A DNA stretch of 64,000 nucleotides from an uncultured delta proteobacterium (GTDB lineage Bacteria; Desulfobacterota; Binatia; UBA9968): positions 640,001 through 704,000 of the forward strand of contig CAVYTU010000014.1 in assembly GCA_963771465.1 (NCBI GenBank), written 5' to 3'. Shown one piece after another: positions 29,086 to 38,557 of this stretch. Position 1 is the first letter of the stretch. Each line of letters starts with the position of its first letter. The notes under the pieces are model-generated. The model saw nothing but the letters and a program-made list of their open reading frames with translations, was not told the DNA's origin and searched no databases. The position numbers and the translations under genes were made by a program.

Positions 29086-29895
29086 ATGCGCTGGCACGGC
29101 TGGCTGTTGTTTGCGTTGGTTCTTCTCGCTGCGTGCCAAGGCGTTAACGGTAATAACGAATCGGTTAGGTCATGGCGCGCGCCGGATTTGAAGCGGGTGC
29201 GCAGCCCGGTGGAATTCGAACGCCAGATTCAGCCGCTCATCGGCAACGTCAAGCAACCTAAAGTTATCTTCATCGGTGTCTATGGCGGCAATCCGCCGCC
29301 GTGGGAAAACGCCGCCTGGTTCGATCCCCAACTGTGGCCAGCCTACCGCGTCGTCGATCTTAACAATGAGACGGAACTCAATCGCATCGCCTACCACGAT
29401 TCGTTGATGCATGTGGTTGCGCTCCATGTCGGCAAGCTTTTTCCCAGCAGCCTGACGCTGATGATTCAGGGCGATAGCAACGTCGTTAGCGATATTATCG
29501 ATTTGATCTACGCGCGCGGCGACCGGCTCTTTCTCGTCGGCCATAGCTTCGGCGGACGCGTCATTGGTGAGGTCGCGCAAGATTTGAGTAAAAAATCGAT
29601 CCCTGTGGAAATGGTCGCTTACATCGAAAGCTTCTGGTCGAGCAGCGTGATACCCGCCAACGTGCGCCAGGCTTTCAATTTCTACGTGCCGGTATCTTTC
29701 GCTCTTTGTCCGGGATTAAACGCGATCAAAGCGGAAGATGAACGCGCCACGCAGGTCATCAATATTGCCGTTCCCGATCCCATTGGACCGTACAGCGGTT
29801 TTTGCGCCGAACATCGCAACATCGATAGCGAACCGCGAGCGTGGAAACCGCTGGTTGAATATTTGAAGTTACAGGCAGCGCCGACAATTCGATGA
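29086..29895 (+). CDS. Putative lipoprotein with alpha/beta-hydrolase fold
   Basis: Lipobox LAAC after a hydrophobic stretch; nucleophile elbow GHSFG; C-terminal His (EHRNID). Confidence 0.65.
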   Translation: MRWHGWLLFALVLLAACQGVNGNNESVRSWRAPDLKRVRSPVEFERQIQPLIGNVKQPKVIFIGVYGGNPPPWENAAWFDPQLWPAYRVVDLNNETELNRIAYHDSLMHVVALHVGKLFPSSLTLMIQGDSNVVSDIIDLIYARGDRLFLVGHSFGGRVIGEVAQDLSKKSIPVEMVAYIESFWSSSVIPANVRQAFNFYVPVSFALCPGLNAIKAEDERATQVINIAVPDPIGPYSGFCAEHRNIDSEPRAWKPLVEYLKLQAAPTIR

Positions 29896-29905
29896 TCCCG
29901 GCGAG

Positions 29906-30235
29906 TCAAGTTTTCAGAATTACCACAGTCGCTCCCCAACTGCCGGCTTCGAGCGGTGCGTCATGAAAAGACTCGACGTTGGCATGTTTTTCCAGCAGCG
30001 CGCGAATGATGTTGCGCTGCACCCCTTTGCCTTTACCATGGATTAACCGCACTTCGCCAAAGCCGGCCGTTTTACACTGATCGAGATACTCTGCGACGAC
30101 GCTGGGAATTTCTTTCGGCTGAAAAGGATGGAGGTCGAGATGTTCCTCGATGGGAATGACGACCGGGTCAATGAATGGAGAGCCGCCTTCGAAGTCGGAG
30201 ACATCGTCGGCATTTTGTTTGGGTCGCTTGCTCAT
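29906..30235 (-). CDS. Stand-alone Smr/MutS2 domain protein
   Basis: LDLH, VRLIHGKGKG, GSWGATVV. Confidence 0.88.
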   Translation of the reverse strand: MSKRPKQNADDVSDFEGGSPFIDPVVIPIEEHLDLHPFQPKEIPSVVAEYLDQCKTAGFGEVRLIHGKGKGVQRNIIRALLEKHANVESFHDAPLEAGSWGATVVILKT

Positions 30236-30296
30236 AAAAAAGAAGACAAGAACGCGTGCTTGCCTTCGCTTATAAATTCGCCATTGTTTGTTGATT

Positions 30297-31313
30297 TCAA
30301 TCCCAGCGTTTATCGCCTTTTAACCGGCCTCCGACCTTGGTGAGAGCGGCTTCGATGATCGAGATATCAACGAGTTTCTCATAGGTCGGCTTTTCTTGAG
30401 CTTTAATGGTGCCGAGCTCGACTTGACGGTTGATGGTCCATTCGACCATGTCCTTTGGCAAGCCATCGTTGACCGGCCAAGCGCCGACATTGGCGAGAAT
30501 ATCGTAAGTCTGCGCAATCGCATCACCGTCTTGCTGAGTGTGTTTCACGGCGATCTCCACGGTTTTGGCCTTGTTATTATAAATAAAGCGATTGGCTTTG
30601 ATTAGCGCCGTCATGATGTCGATGTAAAGTTGGCGATTTTCCTTGATCTCTTTTTCCGGCGCAATATAAGCGGCGTAAAGCCATTTTGGCAGCGGTTCCC
30701 ACAGATTGACGAGAATATTGAGATCAGATTTTTTCTTCTTGGCGACGATCGCTTGATCGACGTGAAGAATCGCCGTGTCGATCTGGCCGCTCAAAAGTCC
30801 GGCGACCCGACCTTTCGTGCTCACCGGTACATAGTCCACGTCCTTTGGCGTTAGACCGCAACTTGCCAACACCGCGCGGCTCATGACTTCGTTAAACGCG
30901 CCGACTTCCTGGATGCCGATTTTTCGCCCTTTCAATTCCTTACAGCTTTTGATGTCACCCTGCACCAGCATCGATTGAGAGAGTTTGTGCGAATAGGTTC
31001 CCAGCACTTTAGTGCCGGCGCCACGCGCCGCGGCGATGATCGCAGGATCGGAGCTTGTCCCCGTGATATCAAGCCCACCGGCCACGCTGCCTCTCAAGGT
31101 CTGAGTACCGCCTTCAAAGGTTACCAACTCAACGTCAATATTCAGGTCGCTAAAGAATCCCATCTCTTTAGCGATATAGGGCGGTAGGTGCACAACATTG
31201 GGTGGGGTGACCGGCACGCCGAAAACAACTTTCCGCTTGGTTTGCGCTTCAGTGGGTTGCGATACCAACGTCATGCTAATGGCGGCGATAAGCAGCCAGA
31301 TTGCTTTTTTCAT
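30297..31313 (-). CDS. NitT/TauT family ABC substrate-binding protein
   Basis: Signal peptide, YIAKEMGFF, LKGRKIGI, LLSGQIDTA. Confidence 0.85.
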   Translation of the reverse strand: MKKAIWLLIAAISMTLVSQPTEAQTKRKVVFGVPVTPPNVVHLPPYIAKEMGFFSDLNIDVELVTFEGGTQTLRGSVAGGLDITGTSSDPAIIAAARGAGTKVLGTYSHKLSQSMLVQGDIKSCKELKGRKIGIQEVGAFNEVMSRAVLASCGLTPKDVDYVPVSTKGRVAGLLSGQIDTAILHVDQAIVAKKKKSDLNILVNLWEPLPKWLYAAYIAPEKEIKENRQLYIDIMTALIKANRFIYNNKAKTVEIAVKHTQQDGDAIAQTYDILANVGAWPVNDGLPKDMVEWTINRQVELGTIKAQEKPTYEKLVDISIIEAALTKVGGRLKGDKRWD

Positions 31314-31334
31314 AGCGACCCCCCTTTGCTTTGC

Positions 31335-32090
31335 TCAATCTTTTTCTATCGCAGTACGCCAGGGCGCAATGCGTCCTTCGATCCTTTTGGCCAACGACAT
31401 CAGTCCCACCCCTAATAGCATAACCACGACGATGGGAACAAAGAGTTTATCGGTCTCAAGCGCATTGGCATAGCGCACGATCATATAACCCAGACCCGTC
31501 ACCGAAGTGTAAAATTCGGCGACGATCATTCCCACCAGACCGCGGCCGATAGCAAGCCGCACGCCGGCAACGATGAACGGAATCGCCGACGGGATGATGA
31601 GATGGCGCCAGAGTTGGCCTTCACTGGAGCAAAAGGAGCGTGCGACTTCCTGGAGATGGCGATCGACGTTTTTCACTCCCTCGAAAGTGTTGAGCAGTAC
31701 CGGAAAAACCATGAACGAGAAAACAATCACGACCTTGGCGGGAATTTTAAATCCAAACCACAAGACGATTAAGGGGACGACCGCAACCATCGGCGTCGAA
31801 TACAGCGCACTAATGTAGATATCAGCGGCCCATTCGACGATCGAGAATCGGCCCATGACGACGCCAAAGAGTACGCCCACCAAGATGGCTAGAATCGACG
31901 CGTAAGTCAGCACCAACAGGCTGCTGGTCATGTAGCTCTGCAGTTCGCCGCTGGCCACCAACGAAACAAAAGCTCGCGCAACTGCGGTCGGGTAGGTAAA
32001 CAAGATCGGGTTAACGCGCCGGCCGAAGTATTCCCAAAGCGAAACGACGACGACAAAAGAGACGCCGCGCACGACTAGTTTACGGCTCAT
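31335..32090 (-). CDS. NitT/TauT family ABC permease
   Basis: PMVAVVPLIVLWFG, EAA-like EVARSF, IIPSAIPFI, GLGYMI. Confidence 0.88.
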   Translation of the reverse strand: MSRKLVVRGVSFVVVVSLWEYFGRRVNPILFTYPTAVARAFVSLVASGELQSYMTSSLLVLTYASILAILVGVLFGVVMGRFSIVEWAADIYISALYSTPMVAVVPLIVLWFGFKIPAKVVIVFSFMVFPVLLNTFEGVKNVDRHLQEVARSFCSSEGQLWRHLIIPSAIPFIVAGVRLAIGRGLVGMIVAEFYTSVTGLGYMIVRYANALETDKLFVPIVVVMLLGVGLMSLAKRIEGRIAPWRTAIEKD

Positions 32091-32872
32091 TGATTTTTAC
32101 TCCCGGTCGCCTCGTTGTCGAGCTCGCGTGTAAGCATTGTCCACAGAGTGTTTCTCAGCTCGATGTAGCGCGGATGGGCGCGTACTGAAATGATTTTGCG
32201 CGGCCGAGGAATATTGACCGGGATGATTTCCCGAACGCGGCCGGGGCGGCGCGACATCATGACGATGCGGTCACCCAGTAAAATCGCTTCGTCGATGCTA
32301 TGGGTGACGAAGATCATCGCCTTCTTTTCGCTTTCGAGTATGCGCAGCAGTTCCTCCTGCATCATCTCGCGGGTTTGCGCATCTAACGCGCCGAAGGGCT
32401 CATCCATGAGCATGAGCGACGGATTGATCGCCAGGGCGCGCGCCAGACCGGCGCGCTGTTGCATGCCGCCAGAGAGTTGATGCGGATAAGAATTAACGAA
32501 ATCCTTGAGTCCCATGAGATCGAGATAGCGCGCCACCGTGGTTTCGATCTCCTGTTTGGACGATCTTCTCAGCTCGAGGCCGTAGGCGATGTTTTCATCG
32601 AGCCGTTTCCACGGAAACAAGCCGAAATGTTGAAACACCATCGCGACATCGGGCCGCGGTTCTGTGACAGCAGCGCCATCGATCAAGATTTCGCCGCAGT
32701 CGCGGGAGATCAAACAATCGATGATGCGCAGCAGCGTGGTCTTGCCGCAACCGCTGGGACCGAGGATACACACACTCTCGTAAGGGTCGACCTCGAGATT
32801 GATATCCTGCAAGGCCACTACCGCGCCATTGCTGTAGGTCTTGGTGACATTGCGTATGACGACCTTGGCCAT
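32087..32872 (-). CDS. NitT/TauT family ABC ATP-binding protein
   Basis: GPSGCGKTT, LSGGMQQR, LMDEPFGALD, VTHSIDEA. Confidence 0.92.
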   Translation of the reverse strand: MAKVVIRNVTKTYSNGAVVALQDINLEVDPYESVCILGPSGCGKTTLLRIIDCLISRDCGEILIDGAAVTEPRPDVAMVFQHFGLFPWKRLDENIAYGLELRRSSKQEIETTVARYLDLMGLKDFVNSYPHQLSGGMQQRAGLARALAINPSLMLMDEPFGALDAQTREMMQEELLRILESEKKAMIFVTHSIDEAILLGDRIVMMSRRPGRVREIIPVNIPRPRKIISVRAHPRYIELRNTLWTMLTRELDNEATGSKNQ

Positions 32873-32878
32873 ATGGAG

Positions 32879-34093
32879 TTAAACTATGGGGTGTTCTAAA
32901 TACAGCTTGACCTTTTGCAGAAAGCGCGCCGCGCTGGCGCCGTCGACGACGCGATGGTCGGCGGACAATGTCGCGGTCATCATGGATTTGATCTCGATGC
33001 CGTCGCCGTCCGTGAACACGCGCGGTGCGACTCGTCCAACGGCAAGGATAGCGCACTGCGGCGGGTTAATAATGGCGATGAAGCTTTCAACGCCGAGCAT
33101 GCCGAGATTCGACACTGTAAAGGTTCCGCCTTCGTAGTCGAGGGGAAGGAGTTTTTTGTTTTGCGCCTTGTCGGCAAGCTCACGGCTCTGCTTGGCCAAT
33201 TCGACCAAACTCAAGCCGTTGGCGTTGCGAATCACCGGGACGACGAGGCCTTCCTCGAGGGCCACGGCGACGCCGATGTTTATCTCCGTATGCTGCTGGA
33301 TTCCCTGCTCGGTGAAGCTTGCGTTCATGGCCGGAAAATCATTGAGCGCGCGGGACGAGGCTTGGAGAATGAAATCATTGATCGATGGGATTAACTCGTC
33401 ACCGCGCTCTTTCCATGCGCTTCTAAGCTTGCTCACCGCGGTCATGTCGATGTCCATGCTGATGTAAAAATGCGGCGCGCTCCGTTTACTCTCAGTCATG
33501 CGCTGGCCGACGATGCGGCGCATGGACGTGAGCGGCAGTATGCCGGGCGCTGTTGAAGTTGCGGGTCGCGCTATGTTTCCATTTGCGGCGCGCTGCACGT
33601 CGGCAGCGAGAATACTTCCTTCGGGCCCGCTGCCGCGCACTGAGCTCAGCTGGATTCCCTGTTCTTTCGCAATTCGTTTGGCCTTCGGTGAAGCGAGAAT
33701 TCGTCCATGTCCCAAGGATGTCGCAACGGCCGGATCAGTTGCTGGCTTGCGTGTTGATGCCGCGGCGCGGTGCTCAGGACTTCCCGCTCCTGCCGGAAGA
33801 TGGCGTTGAGGAGATTTCGCTGGCGCAATGTCTTGGATTGCGGGCAACGTTTCGCCGGCCGCTAAGATTAGCGCGATCGTCTCACCCACAGGTACTTCAT
33901 CACCGGCCTTCGCCGCGACGCGCGCTAATACACCGGAAGCCGCAGCTTCGATCTCGACGGTCGACTTATCGGTTTCGATCTCCATCAGCGGCTCGCCCTT
34001 GGACACCGATTCGCCTTCGGCTTTGAGCCACTTGAGCAGAGTGCCAGTTTGCTGCGCCACCCCGAGGGCGGGCATGATTACGTTGATTGGCAA
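32879..34093 (-). CDS. Dihydrolipoamide acyltransferase (E2) of a 2-oxoacid/acetoin dehydrogenase complex
   Basis: One lipoyl domain ETDKST, E3-binding ASPKAKRIA..GSGPEG, catalytic DHRVVDG. Confidence 0.92.
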   Translation of the reverse strand: MPINVIMPALGVAQQTGTLLKWLKAEGESVSKGEPLMEIETDKSTVEIEAAASGVLARVAAKAGDEVPVGETIALILAAGETLPAIQDIAPAKSPQRHLPAGAGSPEHRAAASTRKPATDPAVATSLGHGRILASPKAKRIAKEQGIQLSSVRGSGPEGSILAADVQRAANGNIARPATSTAPGILPLTSMRRIVGQRMTESKRSAPHFYISMDIDMTAVSKLRSAWKERGDELIPSINDFILQASSRALNDFPAMNASFTEQGIQQHTEINIGVAVALEEGLVVPVIRNANGLSLVELAKQSRELADKAQNKKLLPLDYEGGTFTVSNLGMLGVESFIAIINPPQCAILAVGRVAPRVFTDGDGIEIKSMMTATLSADHRVVDGASAARFLQKVKLYLEHPIV

Positions 34094-34140
34094 AAGTAAC
34101 CTCTCGACGCTAATTCAAAAGCTTCAAATCGATGGAAACT

Positions 34141-35458
34141 CTAAACCTTCACCCTTTCCAACGCCCCGGGATTGTTCAAATTCGACTGGGTCTCACGAGT
34201 CGTCGGTAACTCTCCGCCGGTGGTGAAGTAGTGAGTGCCGGCGACCAGCAATTTTTCCGACGGGAAGCGCGTGATCACTTCGCAGCCGTCTTTGGTCACG
34301 ACGACTTCTTCTTCGAGACGCGCGGCGGACCAGCCGTCGGAGGCGGGCCAGTAGGTTTCGAGCGCGAAGACCATGCCTTCTTCGATTACTTCGGGATGAT
34401 CGAGAGAAACCAGACGGCTGAAGATCGGTTTCTCCCAGATCGACAAGCCGACGCCGTGGCCGTATTGCAATGCGAAGGCGGCTTCTTCGTTGGCGAAGCC
34501 GAACTCTTGCGCCTTCGGCCAAAGCTTGACGACATCCGCCGTGGTGATGCCCGGCTTGACGATGCTGATCGCGGCGTCCATGTAGTCGCGGCTGCGTTTG
34601 TAGGCGTCGACCATCGCCGGCGACGCGCTGCCGATGGCGAACGTCCGATAGTAGCAAGTGCGGTAGCCGTTGAAGCTGTGGAGAATATCGAAAAACGCCG
34701 GATCCCCGGGGCGCAGCACGCGGTCGGTGTAAACATGCGGATGCGGACTGCAACGCTCGCCGGAGATCGCGTTGACGCCTTCGACGTGCTCTGAGCCAAG
34801 ATCGTAAAGTACTTTGCTGACCACACCGACGCATTCGTTTTCTTTGACGCCTGGTTTCATGAAGCGATAAAGCTCGTCGTAGGCGGCGTCGACCATCATG
34901 GTCGCGGTGTTGAGCAGCGTGATTTCGTCTTGGGTTTTGATCTTCCGCACTTCATGCATCAACTGCTGGCCGTCGACGACTTTAAGCCCTTGGGCCTGGA
35001 GCGCGAACAGCACGGGCATCTCGATGACATCGACGCCGACCGGCTCGTTTTGTAAATTGCGCATTTCCAATTCGAGCTTGATTTTCTTGGCGACATCTTC
35101 GGCCAGACCGGAACCAGGATGGGTCGCGCCGCGCAGGGTGGAAATTCCCGCGCGCGAGCGTTCGCCCAACCAGGGGCAATAGATCTGATGATGGCGCGCC
35201 GCCGAACCGAAGTCCCACAGGATCGGTTCGTCATCTTGCGGCAATAACGAAAAGCGCACCAGTTTGTCCATCGCCCAAGTGCCGATGTGCGTCGCGGTGA
35301 TGTAACGGATGTTGTTCATGTCGAAGCAAAGCAAGCGCGCCGATCTCGGATTTCTTCAGCGCGTTCTTCACCCGCCTCAAACGCTCTTGACGCAGCCGCT
35401 CGATGTTGACGCGCTCTTCCCAATCGACGGCCATCAGGCCGAAGGTTTTCAAGCCCAT
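34141..35458 (-). pseudogene. M24 (Xaa-Pro peptidase/creatinase fold) enzyme split by a +1 frameshift near 35335 (lesion or sequencing error)
   Basis: N-part MGLKTFGLMAVDWEERVN..SEIGA after SD GGAGG joins LLCFDMNNIRY if one C is removed; YGHGVGL, FALET, ARLEEEV. Confidence 0.8.
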
Positions 35459-35471
35459 TGCCTACCTCCTT

Positions 35472-35521
35472 GTTTCGGGATTCGTGTTCAACCCTAAACC
35501 AGAAACCCGGAACTCGAAACT
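35472..35521. repeat. Heptamer-periodic imperfect palindrome between E1beta and M24 genes
   Basis: GTTTCGGGATTCGTGTT versus AAACCAG-AAACCCG-GAACTCG-AAACT. Confidence 0.5.
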
Positions 35522-35526
35522 CTTAT

Positions 35527-36543
35527 TCAGCGCTTGCCGCACAAGCTTTTCGCCATCGCCACCACCGCCTCTGGCGTCGGCACGGTTTGATCTTCGAGCA
35601 CCGGCGAGAACGGCACTGGCACATCCATGGCGCCCATGCGTTTGACCGGAGCGTCGAGATAGTAAAAAGCGCCGTCAGCGATCACAGAAGCGATCTCGGC
35701 GGTCACGCCGTAGCGCTCGTAGCCTTCGTCGATGACTATGGCGCGGCTGGTTTTTTTCGCTGATTCGATAATCGTTACTTTGTCGAGCGGTGCGGTGGTG
35801 CGCACGTCCACGACTTCGGCGTTGATTTCACTTTGCGCCAAGAATTCCGCGGCGGCCAGCGCGACCTGAACCATGCTGCTGGTGGCGACCAGCGTGATAT
35901 CGCTACCGACGCGTTTCACGTCGGCAACGCCGAGCGGGATCGTGTATTCCTCCGTCGGCACCTGGCCCTTCGTTTGGTACATCAATTTGTCTTCGAAGAA
36001 AGCGACTGGATTGTCGTCGCGGATCGCCGACTTGAGCAAGCCTTTGGCGTCGTACGGCGTAGCGGGAACCACGACTTTCAATCCGGGAATATGGCTGAGC
36101 CAGGCATGCAGGCTCTGGCTATGCTGCGCTGCAGAGCGCCGCGTCGCCCCGAGAGTCGTCCGCAAAACCATTGGGACTTTGAGTTTGCCGCCGGACATGT
36201 AGTGAATCTTCGCCGCTTGATTGACCATCTGATCCATCGTCAGCGTGATGAAGTCGCCGAACATAATGTCGACCACCGGGCGCATGCCGGTCATCGCCGC
36301 GCCGACGCCGATGCCGGCGATGCCCGCTTCCGAAATCGGCGAATCGATCACGCGCTGTGTGCCGAATTCTTTTACCAACCCGGACAAAACTTTGAACGGC
36401 GTACCCGCCTCGGCGACATCTTCGCCGATGATAAACACCGTCGGATCGCGGCGCATCTCTTCGGCAAGCGCTTCGTTGATCGCTTGGGCGAAGGTGATGT
36501 CGCGCGTGCCAATTTTGGCCGTGGTGGTGCTAGGCGTAGACAT
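35527..36543 (-). CDS. TPP-dependent dehydrogenase E1 beta subunit (AcoB/PdhB-like)
   Basis: GEDVA, DSPISE, GMRPVVDIMF.DF, AAQHSQ, PGLKVV.P.TPYDAKGLL. Confidence 0.93.
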   Translation of the reverse strand: MSTPSTTTAKIGTRDITFAQAINEALAEEMRRDPTVFIIGEDVAEAGTPFKVLSGLVKEFGTQRVIDSPISEAGIAGIGVGAAMTGMRPVVDIMFGDFITLTMDQMVNQAAKIHYMSGGKLKVPMVLRTTLGATRRSAAQHSQSLHAWLSHIPGLKVVVPATPYDAKGLLKSAIRDDNPVAFFEDKLMYQTKGQVPTEEYTIPLGVADVKRVGSDITLVATSSMVQVALAAAEFLAQSEINAEVVDVRTTAPLDKVTIIESAKKTSRAIVIDEGYERYGVTAEIASVIADGAFYYLDAPVKRMGAMDVPVPFSPVLEDQTVPTPEAVVAMAKSLCGKR

Positions 36544-37543
36544 CCTGATCGACTTCTTCTGCCTGCGGATAGGGCGCATTGAGCGCGAAGTTCACCGCTT
36601 CTTTGATTTCCGTGGCGACTTCGTTTTCGATGCGCTGGAATAACTTGCCGTCCGCCAATTTATTTTTCTCCAGCCAAGCCGCGAGCAGCTTCACCGGATC
36701 GCGCTTTGATTTCCACTCTGCTTCTTCGGCTTTCGACCGGTAGTAGGCGCGGTCGATGTCGCCGACATGGTGGCCGTGGAAGCGGTAGGTGAGACATTCC
36801 AAAAAAGCCGGGCCGTCGCCGCGGCGCGCGCGCTCGACCAGTTTTTGCGCCGCCGCGTGGAGCGCGCGCACGTCCTGGCCGTCGAGCGATTCGACGTGAA
36901 TGCCGAAGGCTTTAGCACGGCCGGTAACGTCGCCGGCGGTGGTTTCGCGGTAGTGGGTGTACTCGTTGTACTGATTATTCTCGCAGACGTAGATCACCGG
37001 CAGTTTCCAGAGCGACGCCATGTTCATCGTCTCGTAAAGCAGTCCTTGCCCGAGAGCGCCGTCGCCGAAGAAGCAGACTGCGACCTGATGAGTGCCGCGC
37101 ATCTTGATCGACATCGCCGCGCCGGTGGCGATGCCGGCGCTGCCGCCGACGATGGCGTTGGCGCCCAAGTTGCCGGTGTCTTGATCGGCGATGTGCATGG
37201 AGCCGCCTTTGCCGCGGCAGTAGCCGGCTTCCTTGCCGAGTAGTTCGGCAAACATTCTATCCAGCGACGCGCCTTTGGCGATACAGTGGCCGTGACCGCG
37301 GTGGGTGCTGGTGATGTAATCGTCTTGGCGCAACGCTTCGCAAACACCGACCGCGACGGCTTCTTCGCCAATATAGAGATGCGCGAGACCCGGCATCTTG
37401 GCGCCGAGATAAAGCTGGTTGACCTGTTCTTCGAAGAGCCTGATCTTCAGCATCTGGCGGTAGAATTGGAGCCAGCGCTCGTCGTGAGCGCCGGCGGCTC
37501 GTTTGTCGAGTTTCTTCGCTGGTGTTTTTACGGAGCGAGCCAT
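36530..37543 (-). CDS. TPP-dependent dehydrogenase E1 alpha subunit (AcoA/PdhA-like)
   Basis: HLYIGEEA, STHRGHGH, GKGGSMH, FFGDGA..ENN TPP motif, TYRFHGH. Confidence 0.93.
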   Translation of the reverse strand: MARSVKTPAKKLDKRAAGAHDERWLQFYRQMLKIRLFEEQVNQLYLGAKMPGLAHLYIGEEAVAVGVCEALRQDDYITSTHRGHGHCIAKGASLDRMFAELLGKEAGYCRGKGGSMHIADQDTGNLGANAIVGGSAGIATGAAMSIKMRGTHQVAVCFFGDGALGQGLLYETMNMASLWKLPVIYVCENNQYNEYTHYRETTAGDVTGRAKAFGIHVESLDGQDVRALHAAAQKLVERARRGDGPAFLECLTYRFHGHHVGDIDRAYYRSKAEEAEWKSKRDPVKLLAAWLEKNKLADGKLFQRIENEVATEIKEAVNFALNAPYPQAEEVDQDVYA

Positions 37544-37608
37544 AGGGGGATTTTTTGCGTGTTTGATTTTTAGTGCTTGGTTCCTAACGCAATGCTAAAG
37601 ACTAAAAA

Positions 37609-38490
37609 CTATTTGTTCAGCCCGGCCATTCTTGCCAAGACTTCAAACAAGATCGCAAAATCTTTCTCGGCAAACCCCATGGCGCGCGCCGTGGTGAGAA
37701 ATTCATTCGTAATCGACGTCGTCGGCAGCGGCACATCGAGTTGGCGTCCCATTTCTAGTGCCAGCAGCAGATCTTTCTGCATCATGTTGACGTCGAACCA
37801 GGCTTCGTCCGGCATTTTCAATACGAACGGGCCGCGGTACTTCACCATCGGCGAGGCCATGACACTGTTGAGCAAGACTTCGACGGCGGTTTCGCGGGCG
37901 ATGCCGCTCTTTTCGGCGAGCAGCAGGCCTTCGCTAAACGCGAGCATCTGCACGGCTAGACTCAAATTGGTGGCGATTTTCATCGACGCCGCTAAGCCAT
38001 GACCACCGACATAGGTCGCCTTTGGGCCGATGGCTTGAAGGTAAGGCAGAACTTTCTCAAACGTTACTCTCTTGCCGCCAACCATGAATGAGAGCTTGCC
38101 CTCTTCCAAAGTAATCGAACTACCGGACACTGGCGCATCAAGCATCTCGGCGCCTTTGATTTCAACTTGTGTAGCCAGGTCGCGGATGGCCGCCGGGCTC
38201 ACCGTGCTCATCTCGACGTAGATTTTTCCCGCGCTCAGTCCGGCGACAATTCCGTCGTTGCCCTCGGTGACCGCGCGTAAAGCGCTGTTATTGGCGATCA
38301 TGGAGAAGACAACGTCAGACGATTGGGCTGCCGCGCGCGGCGTGTCAGCCCAATTCATTCCCAAGTCGAGCAGCCACTGTGCCTTGGACTTAGTTCGGTT
38401 ATAACCTGTGACGTTGTGGCCGGCGTCGAGCAGCCGCTTCGCCATGCGGCTGCCCATTACTCCCAGACCGATGAAACCGAGATTCGCCAT
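37609..38490 (-). CDS. NAD(P)-dependent beta-hydroxyacid dehydrogenase (3-hydroxyisobutyrate dehydrogenase family)
   Basis: GFIGLGVMG, LDAPVSG, MKIATN, MQKDL. Confidence 0.9.
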   Translation of the reverse strand: MANLGFIGLGVMGSRMAKRLLDAGHNVTGYNRTKSKAQWLLDLGMNWADTPRAAAQSSDVVFSMIANNSALRAVTEGNDGIVAGLSAGKIYVEMSTVSPAAIRDLATQVEIKGAEMLDAPVSGSSITLEEGKLSFMVGGKRVTFEKVLPYLQAIGPKATYVGGHGLAASMKIATNLSLAVQMLAFSEGLLLAEKSGIARETAVEVLLNSVMASPMVKYRGPFVLKMPDEAWFDVNMMQKDLLLALEMGRQLDVPLPTTSITNEFLTTARAMGFAEKDFAILFEVLARMAGLNK

Positions 38491-38557
38491 GAACAACCCC
38501 AAATACTAAAATTCAAAATTCGCATCGAGCTCGCTTCGGATTTGCCGAGCGGTTTAG

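Noticed and set aside
35833-36582. 249-aa plus-strand ORF
   Set aside because: Antisense to the well-supported E1 beta gene
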